Notes: generated from the letters alone by a model not told the origin. 33,068 nt of DNA from Octopus bimaculoides (GCF_001194135.2 NC_068989.1:16258504-16291571), one strand, 5' to 3'; shown: positions 12,114 to 24,112, counted from the first letter of the stretch. Program-made: numbers and translations.

Positions 12114-12571
12114 ATTGCTATCCACCCTCTACCTCCCAATGTATCCGATCCACTGCCGTGATCGATCTGGTACACAACCTTTTCACTTATATAAGCTCAT
12201 CACTTGCACAATGTGTTACTACTACTTATTTCCAAATTTAAACGTTTTCCATCATACACTCGACTATAATTTGAACGTTGTCGACAGCAACTACAGTGCT
12301 GCTCCAGACGTCGAAAATGAAACTGCGATGACACAGCTTTGTGGCGCCATTAATGACTACGATAGATGCTATCTTTGGAACTCCTGTTGTTTGGCAGCTT
12401 TGAAATGCTGTCAGGAACAACACAGAAATATCCAGACGTTTACGCCAAACAACAACACTTTGTATTGTCCACCTACTTGGGATGGTTACGGCTGTTGGAA
12501 TATGACACCTGCGAAGACTAGGGTCTTTGAAAAATGTCCGAGTTATGTTACAGATGGTATCTGGGCTTACA
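12114..12571 (+). CDS. Coding exon of a class B1 (secretin-family) GPCR, calcitonin/CGRP/DH31-receptor-like; encodes an N-terminal Cys-rich extension and the first part of the hormone-receptor domain
   Basis: The frame from 12115 reads LLSTLYLPMYPIHCRDRSG...CTMCYYYLF...CCLAALKCCQEQ...YCPPTWDGYGCWNMTPAKTRVFEKCPSYVTDGIWAY. The C-x3-WDG-x2-CW-x2-TP-x8-CP-x-Y pattern is the class B hormone-binding domain signature. Acceptor ttgtctcatcag|A (AG at 12112-12113). Strong donor TACA|gtaagt (GT at 12572), phase 1, where class B receptors usually have an intron before the K-x-C-x3-G-x-W segment. N-glycosylation sequons NYS, NET, NNT, NMT. Subfamily assignment is from motif memory only. Confidence 0.9.
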
Positions 12572-12969
12572 GTAAGTAATTATTACTAGTATTATCATTA
12601 TAGTCGTTGTTGTTGTTATTGTTGTTGTTGCTATGTGTTAGATGTAATTCGCTTTGAATCGTGAAAGGTTACGTTTTTTTGTCGAATATACTTTGTTGTG
12701 TTTTAATTTTGGGACAGTTCGTTGAATAAAGATCCCTACTTCATTGTGTGAAGATGAAGACAGTAAGGGTGGGCCTTAAGGAGCGCCTCCCTAACAACAA
12801 ATTTCAGCATATCGTAAATTTTAATGCTTAAAATTATGATGACACCAGAGCTCACTCCCATTGCAGTGCATGAAGTGATAGGAGGGGAAAAGATTTCTCC
12901 GAATAAAACATTGAATACAGCATTTCTTTTCACCCCAGTTCAGACATTATCAGGCTTGACTGCTAACTT

Positions 12970-13840
12970 TAGATGTGACGACAGAAAGACATGAATACGA
13001 GGACAATGACATTAACAGTAACAACAGCAGCAACAGCAGCAGAAACAATAGCAGCAGCATAGGCAAAAATAACAACAGCAGCGATGACAGCAAGAACAAC
13101 AACAACGAAATCCAAAACAGCAGCTATAACAATGAAACAGCAGCAGCAAGAGGCGACCGCAAAAGTAACATCAATGACAAGAACAAGGTGTTGGTGGGTC
13201 GACTTCACGGACAGGTAATCTTTAGCTAGAATGACAGTGAAGTCAACGAAATATTTCTCAACCTTCTGAAACAAGAAAGAACAAATGACACAGGTGGCAC
13301 AACTTGGAAAAGTAGACGGGATGGAAGACCAAGCTGCAATCCCAGCCGAGGTTTTGGCAACAAATGTTTCTAAAATTAGTGCTGCATTGCTGTGAGTCGG
13401 CAAAAAACTACGCCTAGAAGCAGCAACACACGTTGATGCGGGAAGAGCTCTTAAAGATATAGATAGATATAGACCATGTAACCAAGGTCATGTAGTTTAG
13501 GAGCGTGGGAAACCTTCTTCAGAAACTAAGCAAAAAGGAAACTTACCCCCCCCCCCCAATCAACATATTTAGGATGAAGGACCTGTCACTTTAAGATAAA
13601 GCGAGTTTCACCAGGGTTGGACATCTGGTGGTTTTGGACTGTGTAGTCTTGGAGGGCACTGATGCCTTGGAGGTCAGTGACACCTTCCTTGGTGTAAAAC
13701 AAATTGAGAGGGAATTTTGGTTCAGGACCGCACTGAAAATCCACTTCCAGATCAAACTGGAAGATGTGAACAAGATTCCAGACCTTATCGACCTGCCCAG
13801 TGGAGTGGAGCTGAGTGTTGTGGTTGAGAGCAGAAGGCTA
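12970..13840 (+). mobile_element. Probable decayed ORF1 (gag-like) of a non-LTR retrotransposon
   Basis: Low-complexity N/S-rich leader, then stop-interrupted frames ending ...KIHFQIKLEDVNKIPDLIDLPSGVELSVVVESRRL at the gap. This resembles the 'IP-x2-I-x-LP-x-G-x2-L-x-V-x-VEGRRP' segment that precedes a CCHC knuckle in LINE ORF1 proteins. The knuckle itself is not visible. Confidence 0.45.
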
Positions 13841-14274
13841 NNNNNNNNNNNNNNNNNNNNNNNNNNNNNNNNNNNNNNNNNNNNNNNNNNNNNNNNNNNN
13901 NNNNNNNNNNNNNNNNNNNNNNNNNNNNNNNNNNNNNNNNNNNNNNNNNNNNNNNNNNNNNNNNNNNNNNNNNNNNNNNNNNNNNNNNNNNNNNNNNNNN
14001 NNNNNNNNNNNNNNNNNNNNNNNNNNNNNNNNNNNNNNNNNNNNNNNNNNNNNNNNNNNNNNNNNNNNNNNNNNNNNNNNNNNNNNNNNNNNNNNNNNNN
14101 NNNNNNNNNNNNNNNNNNNNNNNNNNNNNNNNNNNNNNNNNNNNNNNNNNNNNNNNNNNNNNNNNNNNNNNNNNNNNNNNNNNNNNNNNNNNNNNNNNNN
14201 NNNNNNNNNNNNNNNNNNNNNNTGTATGTATGTATGTATGTATGTATTATGTATGTATGTATGTGTCTGTGTGT

Positions 14275-14478
14275 CTGTGTTTGTCCCCCCAACATCGCTT
14301 GACAACCGATGCTGGTGTGTTAACGTCCCCGCAACTTAGCGGTTCGGCAAAACAGACCGATAGAATAAGTACTAGACTTACAAAGGATAATTCCTGGGGT
14401 CGATTTGCTCGACTGAAGGCGGTGCTCCAGCATGGCCACAGTCAAACGACTGAAACAAGTAAAAGAGTAAAAAGAGAG
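14275..14478 (+). mobile_element. SINE-like repeat family C (3' part)
   Basis: cggttcggcaaaacagaccgatagaataagtactag...ctggggtcgatttgctcgactgaaggcggtgctccagcatggcc...gactgaaacaagtaaaag; a second copy lies at 30036-30168. Confidence 0.8.
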
Positions 14479-14519
14479 AGTATGTCAATAAGACACCTTC
14501 CTCTTTGACCTAGCCCTCA

Positions 14520-14735
14520 TCAACTTTTGAAAATTTCACTTGAAACGGTCAGTGAGAGTACGGAGGAAAGTTTGGCTCCACAGTAAATTTGTTGAAAGGA
14601 GGAGAGGGGTGAGCGTGGTCCGTGTGAATGGGACTGCTCTGAACATGCGCCTGTAATTCTAAGGGTGAATTAGTGGTCACGGTTGTTATGTGTAGTTTCC
14701 ACAAATAGCCTTCGGATATTTCTGTAGGAGCTTGT
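14520..14735 (-). mobile_element. Possible highly decayed 3' end of a CR1/L2-type LINE ORF2
   Basis: One minus-strand frame gives RDH*FTLRITGAC, weakly like the CR1/L2 C-terminal 'RGH...FFTLRV...W' segment. Very degenerate. Confidence 0.25.
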
Positions 14736-15303
14736 CTTGCTATCTCTTTATCAGAGCGTTCTGTAGTTTCAATTTTATCTTAAATTTCAGCTTTTTCATA
14801 ATTTCTGTTGCTTCTTTTCTTCTTCGTAGCTATTTATCATTTCAGTCTTTGTTTTTATTGACATTCTTGAAGGCAAAAAAAAAAAAAAAAAAAAATCAGC
14901 TTTTAGTTTTGTTCGGGTTTCATTGCTATTTGTAAAAGCTTTCATGATTTGTTTAGTAAACATTTGTGTAGTTGTACTGTTAATATTATATAATACATCT
15001 GTTGTTGAATTTCCTTATATGCATAGAAAATATAATTCTTCAGCATCAGATTTTGAGCGCTGTGTTCTAAATGCAGTCATTATTTTTTCCGGTCTTTCTC
15101 TCTACAGTTTCTCTCTCCAATTCAGAATAATATAACTATAACTTATATTTGTTACAGTTCGAAGATTGATGTCTTTCACCTTATTTTTTTAATGTATCTT
15201 TGTTTTCAGTATTAATCTGATGCATCTATATCCCTCCTTCATCTTTTCCTTCACTTGTGTATATAGTACACTATCATCATCCTCCTCCTCATCATCATCA
15301 TCA

Positions 15304-15356
<53 letters not shown>

Positions 15357-16424
15357 GATATTTGTTATGAGCACTATGGGATTTTGCTTCTGTGTGTTTC
15401 ACGCATTTTGCTGCTTTCGCTCTCAAAAGGATACGTTTGCATTGTATTTTCCTGATAATTTTCTTGACAAACCAACACCCATCATTAATGCGCAGTTTTC
15501 CTCATAAGATACTCCTCCCTAGTAGCGTTGCCTTCAAGAAAACCCGCAATCTTGTATTAAAAATTCTGTAAAAAAAAAACAGACAAACGGATCCCAAAAA
15601 TGCCATTGTAGTGTTCACTGTGGAAGAAGATAATTTTAACAGGGAAAAAGGAAAGCGCTCGGAATTATTGGAACTGTCGCCATGACAACGAAAGTCTTTG
15701 GTATTACTACCACACCCGCTTCAACTATTACATTGACGTCATTGAATAGTAACGAGTGCCATTGTAGCAAATCCAACAAAAGGAGCAACAACAACGTCAG
15801 CATCTTTGTCAACAACTCACGTTTCTCGAATTCCTCTGGAAAAAATTGCCACATCTACATTATTCCCACTATTATAGTCGATAATACCAACACCGATGTG
15901 AATCGCAGTAACAACAACAACAACAACAGCAGCAACGTCAACACCTTCAAGGCCACCGTCATTGTAGCAATGTTTATGCATCAGCTATTATCAACATTGC
16001 ATCAATCCTCACCCTCGCAACCAATAAGAACAACGTTTCCATCAACACCATTATCACCACGACTAATGACTACTGTCATTACCAGTAATATAAATAAGGC
16101 AAGTCCTATACTGACATGGGTTCAGTATTCGCTTGCTCCACAGGACTTCACTGGCCTCTCAATACAGATACGAAAACCGAATCGATAAGATAGAGCCTTA
16201 ATTACTGATACGCCAGTAAAAACAAAAAAAAAGGGATCAGATAAGTCGACAGTCCAACCCCGGTATATTCTGGGGTGTAGTGTTGTCGATGTATTAAGGA
16301 TCTTTTAAGTTTGATATAGCAAGAAAGAAAAACTTGGACAGTGACTGCTCTGTGCCACTAGGAAGAGGAGGCTTTAAAAAATAGCCATACACACAGCCTC
16401 CTATTTATTACTGCCGCCCTAAAT

Positions 16425-16857
16425 TGGTCTCAAATTTTGGCACAAGGCTGGCAATTTCTAGAGAAGGGGCTCGTCGATTACATCGACACCGTTACTCAAC
16501 TGATATTTATGTTATCGTCCTTGAAAGGATGAAAGGCAAAGTCGATCTCAGAGGAATTTGAACACTGAACGTAAATTTGAACGAAAGGCCGCTAAGCATT
16601 TTTACTGACGTGCTAACGTCTTTTATTTCTTTATTGCCCACAAGGGGCTAAACATAGAGGGGACAAACAAGGACAGACAAACGGATTAAGTCGATTACAT
16701 CGACCCCAGTGCGTAACTGGCACTTAAGTTATCGACCCCGAAAGGATGAACGGCAAAGTCGACCTCGGTGGAATTTAAACTCAGAACGTAGCGGCAGACG
16801 AAATACCGCTAAGTATTTCGCCCGGCGTGCTAACGTTTCTGCCAGCTCGTCGCCTTT
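16425..16857 (-). mobile_element. SINE family A, dimeric form
   Basis: Two head-to-tail units; junction cgtgctaacgtcttttatttctttattgcccacaagggg at about 16609-16647. Confidence 0.85.
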
Positions 16858-17004
16858 GGGTTCGATATAATTGACTATACCCTTCCTCGCAAAAGTACTG
16901 GACTTGTGCAAAATAAAGTCGTCCGATCACCGAGTTTCAGCAACATCCGTCATAGTCACTTTTGAGATGGGTGACAAACCAGACGCAATTGTTACGTAGT
17001 ACTA

Positions 17005-17425
17005 GTGCGTTGGATTGGTAAAATTGCTAGAGAGTCTGACCTAATGTCTTGCGGTATTTCTTACTACCTTTAAATTCTGAGTTCAAATCCCATCGAGACC
17101 AACCTTAACTTTCTTCCTTCCGAGTCGATAAAATTAAGTACCAGTCAAATACTAACTAGGTCGAAATAATTGGCTAACCCTCTCTTCCAAATTTCAGACT
17201 TGGTACCTAAATTACAAACATTGATTACGTAGTACAGACAATGTGATCGGTTGGAGAAATAGTTGGAAAGCCGGATAAAATGCCATGCGATAATTGTCCC
17301 GCCTCTTTAAAGTTCTGGATTCGAATCCCGCTGAGGTCAACATTATCTTTCCGGGGTCCATAAAATAAAGTACTTGTCAAGTACTTGGGTCGTTAGCATT
17401 GACTGGTCTTTCATCCAAAACCTGC
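17005..17425 (+). mobile_element. Two old, diverged SINE family A-like copies
   Basis: Remnants ttctgagttcaaatcccatcgagacc...gtcgataaaattaagtaccag and ggattcgaatcccgctgaggtcaac...ccggggtccataaaataaagtac. Confidence 0.6.
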
Positions 17426-17603
17426 TGGCCCTGTACCTAAATTAGAGACAAGTATTACCTAACACTGTGAAGGTTGGAGCTGTTTGTTCCTTGATCATTT
17501 CATTCATGTTGGGCCGTAGTGTGTTTATATTGTGTTCTATTGGAGTTCCCCGGCAGTGTTGTATTATGTTGTAGTGTGAGTTGTGTTGTGTTACTGTGGC
17601 TAA

Positions 17604-17716
17604 GTGGAGGCGCAATGGCCCAGTGGTTAGGGCAGCGGACTCGCGGTCATAGGATCGCGGTTTCGATTCCCAGACCGGGCATTGTGAGTGTTTATTGAGC
17701 GAAAACACCTAAAGCT
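17604..17716 (+). mobile_element. tRNA-derived SINE family B, head only
   Basis: Near-identical to the 5' ~110 nt of the copies at 5204 and 30960; stops after acctaaagct. Confidence 0.85.
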
Positions 17717-17896
17717 GTGACTTTTTGGATATTACCAGCTACAGAAAATCGTAATGTTCGTTGTGCATTATGAGTAGCGTCCTAGTTCTTCAATATAATT
17801 CCAGCAGTTCTGTCTTTAGAAAAGGAGCAGAGTATCTCAGTAATGGTACAGTCCATGTAATTAATCAAAATCCATGTAATTATCAAAATCCTTGAT

Positions 17897-18080
17897 GAAC
17901 CGGTAGAATCGTTAGCCCGCCAGTAGGTCTTTACGTTCAGAGTTCAAATTCTGCCGGGGTCGACTTTGCCTTTCATTCTTCCGGGGGTCGATAAAGTAAG
18001 TAACACTGATTCACTGGGATCAATGTAATCGACTTGTCCCCTCCCCCAAAATTTGAGGCCTTGTGCCTTTAGTAGAAAGG
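17897..18080 (+). mobile_element. SINE family A with internal deletion and (ATT)n tail
   Basis: gtagaatcgttagc...gagttcaaattctgccggggtcgactttgcc...ggccttgtgcctttagtagaaagg, followed by (att)n. Confidence 0.85.
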
Positions 18081-18122
<42 letters not shown>

Positions 18123-18679
18123 GAGTGAGAGAGCAGTGCGTGCCATCAAAGTGACACTGGGGTACAAATACACGAAGCCCATTATACCCATCATGACTAC
18201 CCGTCTGATCAGGGTACACCAGGCACATGCATCACAACCATATGTGCGCGACATGGTGATCTCATATCAAGGTAAACAGCGCATGACCTCACAGGTGGGG
18301 CCCAGTTAGAATTTTTTCAGGTCGAGTAGCCCATCCCGCTCAAAAGCTCCCTGAATAAGGTTTGTTTAAGAATGTTGAACAAAACACCTATGTTTCCAAA
18401 GGTGAATTATTCAAAACCCCAAAGAATTCCTCTCAATACAGAGCTATGATGCTCCCCCACTACTTCTGCTCATGATCAGAGATGCACTTATCGTCAGCCA
18501 CCAAGGGACACGCTCAACTAGTTAAGGTCAAACAACTGACAAGCAAATCTGTGGTATTAAGCAGAATATTTGCTGTAGCCCATCTTTTATACCAAGACAA
18601 AACAACGTACATGATAACACTTCCAATCAATTAAGATCAGAAGCCATGAGAGCCACTGCCTGGTACTGCATCCGGGTAC
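18123..18679. mobile_element. 557-bp non-coding interspersed element inserted in a (TTA)n/(TAA)n microsatellite
   Basis: Complex, higher-GC block (gagtgagagagcagtgcgtgcc ... actgcatccgggtac) bounded sharply by (att)n at 18081-18122 and (tta)n at 18680-18732. No convincing ORF, TIRs or tRNA head. It resembles a high-copy octopus repeat as I recall it. Confidence 0.6.
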
Positions 18680-18734
<55 letters not shown>

Positions 18735-19164
18735 ATCATGAAAAACTCAGCTTTCTTTTTCTGGATATGATGAAAAAGTATCAGTTGCCCACCCACAACC
18801 TGCAGACTAAGGTGGCGCTTGTTTGCTGATCATGCTTCAAGAACCCTGCGGAGGGCTCTTACAACGATGCTTTTTATAGGTGTTTTTAATCTTTACATTC
18901 ATTCCATTTTTTTTTTTTTTCGAGCCATGTTCGTTGTTGGGCACTGATATTTCCAAGTGCACCAATCACTAATGGTATTACGTCCACTTTCTTCAGTGCC
19001 AACAATCTGTGTACTTCATCATAATAGTTCACTTTTTTCTTCTCTCTCTTCAATCCTGTTCTCGCCAGGACATGTCAATTATCGGGTACATTTTTCTCTT
19101 TTCTATTCACTACAACAATGTCAGGTTTTCGATGTTAAATCTGACGGTATGAATCATTCAATCC

Positions 19165-19277
19165 ATCAATAATAATAATAGTAGTAGTAGTAGTAGTAAT
19201 AATAATAATGATAATAATAATAATAATGATAATATTAATAATAATAATAATGATTATTATTATTATCATTATTATTA

Positions 19278-19333
<56 letters not shown>
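19165..19333. repeat. Compound (AAT)n/(AGT)n/(ATT)n microsatellite
   Basis: Direct. Confidence 0.95.
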
Positions 19334-19335
<2 letters not shown>

Positions 19336-19453
19336 AAATCATGGTTGATATAAGCGCTTTTAGAATACCCTGCCAGTTTTTACAGAACTACAAACCGCTC
19401 TCTTCTCTCTCATTCACCCTCTCTCTCACTCTCTTTCTCTCTTTCATAACACA

Positions 19454-19454
<1 letters not shown>

Positions 19455-19525
<71 letters not shown>

Positions 19526-19586
19526 CATACATACATACATACATACATACATACATACATACATACGTACATACATACATACATAA
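19455..19586. repeat. (CA)n-(TA)n-(TACA)n microsatellite
   Basis: Direct. Confidence 0.95.
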
Positions 19587-20194
19587 CTATTGATAGAATT
19601 TGGAAGGATCTCCAATCTTTTTTCTTCAAATAAAACTTACCTAAGGGATACAGTGGCCATTCTTTCTGCAACACTTAATCTAAATAATGGCTTTGCTTCT
19701 CTTACCGCAGATCAGAAGGTACAATTGCATAGATGATCGAGTCACCCTGAAACTATTACCTAAAACTTTTGTTATGACTCTCCAGGATTTCCGCTAATGA
19801 GCACATATTTTAGGTCCATTCTTCCTTATTATATAATCATGCCGTAATTGGGAGTAAGTGTCAAGATTAAAAAAAACAACTTATATTGCACCTTTTAATA
19901 ATGTTAGAAGGACATGAAATAGATATACAGGTTGATACAACGTCTCGATAGATGTGTGAACCTACGCTAATAACTGAATGAAAATCATCATTTGATAAAA
20001 AAAAAAAAATTAAAAAAAACTCGGGTAAAGTGTAATGACCACACCATCACCGCCACCCGCCACAAATAAAACTATAAATTATATAGAATCGTTTACGACT
20101 CTCTGCCTATGTGCATTTCTGAGTATTGATGATGCCTACCACCATGTATATGCATCTTGATATTAAATTGCTTGGCAAGCGCTGTATCAATTAG

Positions 20195-20913
20195 ATATTC
20201 CTTTCATCTCTAGGCGCAAGACCCGAAATTTTGGGGAAGGGGGCTTGTCGATTAGATCGACTCCAGTACGCAACTGGTACTTAATTTGTCGATTCCGAAA
20301 GGATGAAAGGCAAAGTCGACCTCGGCAGAATTTGAACTCAGAACACAAAGACAGACGAAATACGCTATGCATTTCGCCCGGCGTGCTAACGTTTCTTATT
20401 TCTTTATTGCCCACAAGAGGCTAAATATAGAGGGGACAAACAAGGACAGACAGAGGGATAAAATCTATTGCATCGACCCCAGTAAGTAACTGGTACTTAA
20501 TTTATCGACCCCGAAAGGATGAAAGGCAAAGTCGACCTCGGCGAAATTTGAACTCAGAACGCAGCGGCAGACGAAATATCGCTAAGCATTTCGCCTGGCG
20601 TGCAAACGTTTCTGCCAGCTCGCCGCCTTTAGNNNNNNNNNNNNNNNNNNNNNNNNNNNNNNNNNNNNNNNNNNNNNNNNNNNNNNNNNNNNNNNNNNNN
20701 NNNNNNNNNNNNNNNNNNNNNNNNNNNNNNNNNNNNNNNNNNNNNNNNNNNNNNNNNNNNNNNNNNNNNNNNNNGGCACAAGGCCCAAAATTTGGTGGGG
20801 GGGGGAGGGCCAGTCGATTACATCGACCCCAGAACGTAACTGGTACTTAATTTGTCGACTCCGAAAGGATGAAAGGCAAAGTCGACCTCGGCGGAATTTG
20901 AACTCAGAACGTA
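20195..20913 (-). mobile_element. SINE family A cluster: dimer (20195-20632) plus a further partial unit (20776-20913) across a gap
   Basis: Repeated gaaaggatgaaaggcaaagtcgacctcggc...tttgaactcagaac. The dimer junction at about 20382-20415 has the same form as at 16609 and 30428. Confidence 0.85.
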
Positions 20914-22000
20914 ATTGCATTAATCAGATATTGCAGCGAATATGGTAACAGCCCCGACCACTCTCGCCAGAGAAAAAAGTTCTAGACCGATAGGTTAGAA
21001 AGCCTATATCAGTGCATGTGCCATTACGTTTTACATGTGTGTGTGTGTGTACGTGCATGATCGCGTGTGTGTATGTGTTTATATATTTTGAATGTGTGTT
21101 GGGGGAGAGGTATGTGTGTATAGTATGGTGCGTTGGTAGATAAATTCTTTATTCGCTTGACTTAGGAAGGAATTTACAAGTCATTCAATTGTCGTATGAA
21201 CTGCACCATCTCCAAAATAAATGTAATAACTGGACTGGAATGTCCATAGTCACACATACACCAACGCATTCCGACGAGCATTCAGGTCATTTGCAAACGC
21301 TAACGATAGGATAAATAAACGTTTAACCACTCACACTATTCACAGAATTCACACTGTGCATATACACGAACACGCGTGCACATTCACATACATGCTGTCT
21401 CTCACACTTTTATAAAATCCACATCATACGCACACAAGCACGCGGGCACGTACACAGACACACTCACACATACACTCTTCTTTCCCAATTCTCATTCACA
21501 TCCTATAAATATATATATAAATTCTAAAAACTAGGAGACAAACAAGCCTGAAATAGAGAGGGTACGCCGTGAATAGTGGCTAAAGGACTTTGATGAAACT
21601 TGCTGAACGATCAATCAAACATTGGTTAATTTGTTAATTGGTTAATCAGTTGACTAATATTAATAAAAAGAAGTGAAATACATACAGTCCGTGTGTTTGT
21701 GCTTCTTATTGGCATAATGACATCCCGAGATACAAGATCTAGAATACATTATGATATAATACATTTCATAATTTAGAAGTGACTGTCCCAGATGTTTCAG
21801 TTAAGCACGTTTTTGCTTTTCTGACCCTAACCCTAAACCCAGTATAAATATCAAACAAGTTTTAACACAAACACTGTAAATCTATCTTACACAATATGTA
21901 ATCTAATACAAAGCATAGCTTCTAATGGAGCTAAGCTAAATCAAAATAAACTAACATATAATTGTAGCTGCTGTTGTAACCACCCACATAATTATCCCAC

Positions 22001-22032
<32 letters not shown>

Positions 22033-22570
22033 ACTTTTTTTGTTCTGGAGATACAGCAATATTTCTTACAAATTATAATCAGGTATTTGAGCAAAGCAAA
22101 TACTTACGTTTAGAATATAAAATATTTCATTAATGAACTATTGAGGCTCTTGAAATCTTGTTTGCCAAGGTTCTCATTACTTGACATTTTCGAAAGAAAA
22201 TTTCTTGCAGGCGTAAATTATGCAAAATTTACACACATTTCCAACCAGCACCACATCTATATAATTAATGTTTATTGTAACTGTATAGGTATTTACGTAA
22301 TTTAGACAATTAACATTTCCGAGAGAATAATTTCTTGATATATCAGAATATTCAAAATTTACATGTGTTTTCAACCCAAATCATATCTATAGGATTAAAT
22401 ATTATTATAAAATTTATTGATATTTATATTACGTTGAACTATATACGACTCCACAATCTCGGTTGATATCTATATAATGAACATGCAACATGTTATATTT
22501 GGGGAGGGTCGTTTTGGTGAGGGCAGTCAAAAGCCATACGCACTATATATTCGTTCTTCACTTCAGCTTT

Positions 22571-22680
22571 ATTATTATTATTATCATTATTATTATTATT
22601 ATTATTATCATTATTATTATTGTTATTATTATTATTGTTATTATTATTATGATTAGTAGTAGTAGTAGTAGTAGTAGTAT
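22571..22680. repeat. (TTA)n-(TAG)n microsatellite preceding a SINE
   Basis: Direct. Confidence 0.95.
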
Positions 22681-22954
22681 TAAAGCAGTGAGCTGGCAGA
22701 ATCGTTAGCACGCCAGGCGAAATGCTTTGCGGTATTTCGTCTATCGCTACGTTCTGAGTTCAAATTCCACCGAGGTCGACTTTGCTTTTCATCCTTNNNN
22801 NNNNNNCTACGTTCTGAGTTCAAATTCCACCGAGGTCGACTTTGCTTTTCATCCTTTCGGGGTCGATAAAATAAGTACCAGTTGAACACTGGGGTCAATG
22901 TAATCGACTCATCCACTCCCCCCACCAAATTGCTCTTGTGGCAAAATTTGAAAC

Positions 22955-23002
<48 letters not shown>

Positions 23003-23218
23003 AGCGGTGAGCTGGCAGAATCGTTAGCACGCCAGGCGAAATGCTTTGCGGTATTTCGTCTGTCGCTACGTTCTGAGTTCAAAATCCGCCGAGGTTGACT
23101 TTGCCTCTCATCCTTTCGGGGGTCGATAAAATAAGAACCAGTTGAACACTGGGGTCAATGTAATCGACTCATCCACTCCCCCCAAATTTCTGCTCTTGTG
23201 GCAAAATTTGAAACCATT
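22681..23218 (+). mobile_element. Two tandem SINE family A copies (22681-22958, 23000-23218), each followed by (ATT)n
   Basis: The copies are near-identical and share the variant tail gactcatccactcccc...tgctcttgtggcaaaatttgaaacc. Confidence 0.9.
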
Positions 23219-23267
23219 ATTATTATCATTATTATTATTACTATTATTATTATTATTATTTTAATGT

Positions 23268-23317
23268 TCTTTGTCTGAAATCTTTCGTCACACATCCTGT
23301 GACCTCTTCAGCAAATC
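23268..23317 (-). ncRNA. Degenerate hammerhead-like motif (Penelope-type terminal motif)
   Basis: The minus strand reads GAUUUG-CUGAAGA-G-GUCACA-GGAUG-UGUGAC-GAAA-GAUUUC-AGACAAA. It has the CUGANGA core, a perfect 6-bp stem II and GAAA. There is an extra G after A9, a weak stem III and poor stem I pairing. Confidence 0.45.
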
Positions 23318-23668
23318 CCCATCTCACTTGTCTCCGCCCGTTCTCCATTCTCTCTTTTTTTACGCTTTCTAAAAAATAACACTTTTAAGGACAGTTGGGT
23401 TTATTTTGTAGGTTTTTTTTTCCTTTTATATTTCTCTTTTCTGTATTTCATTATTCTTGTTTTCGATTATGACTGGAAATACTGTATTGTTACCAATAAC
23501 TGATACATTCTAAAAATATTCTAAACTAGATTATCATAAGATATTTCTGGTGTTGGATGCATCTGTAATACTCTAAATTATAAATAAGTAATTATAGTAC
23601 CGTTTTACGTATAACTATTTTGTCCCACTTTCGGATATAAGAAATATGTTTTATAAGTAGATGCATGG

Positions 23669-23739
<71 letters not shown>

Positions 23740-24112
23740 TATTTACAGATTCGTATGAATATATGTGGCTATGTGTGTATATAGGAATATATGTATATAT
23801 GTATATGAATGTGCGCGTAATTATATTAATGTGTAGAAACATATAGCGTGTGATTGTATACGCAAGTATCTGCGCGTGTGTGTAGGAACAGCCAGAGAGA
23901 GAGAAAGAAAGAAAGAAAGAAAGAAAGAATGAACGAAAGAAAGAAAGGAAACAATTGAACGAGGGATTAGAATCATATGGGAATGCATTTCTATAAAGGC
24001 ATTGAAAAAGAAGGAGAGAACAGTTGTATACGTGTAAGTATAGGAGAGCATCCTATACTTGCTTGGAAATGACCATTTGAAGGAATGGTATGTGTGATTT
24101 TGAAGTGTGTGT

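Noticed and set aside
12085-12120. CUGAUGAGAC on the minus strand at the exon acceptor
   Set aside because: No stem II and no GAAA follow; it is simply the reverse complement of the splice acceptor tctcatcag.
15682-16188. 168-aa ORF
   Set aside because: T/N/S-rich translation of a decayed (AAC/CAC) simple repeat; no domain motif or splice context.
18465-18505. CUGACGA on the minus strand inside the 557-bp element, and an HDV-like reading of its minus-strand 5' end (about 18620-18679)
   Set aside because: No GAAA or stem III for a hammerhead; P1 and P1.1 cannot be formed cleanly for an HDV fold.
19697-19725. Good acceptor ttctcttaccgcag followed by a possible 8-nt micro-exon
   Set aside because: Weak donor (gtacaa), no class B motif, and the through-reading frame stops quickly.
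22748-22857. Apparent 50-bp direct repeat within a SINE around an 11-N gap
   Set aside because: Identical sequence on both sides of a tiny gap indicates an unmerged contig overlap, an assembly artefact.
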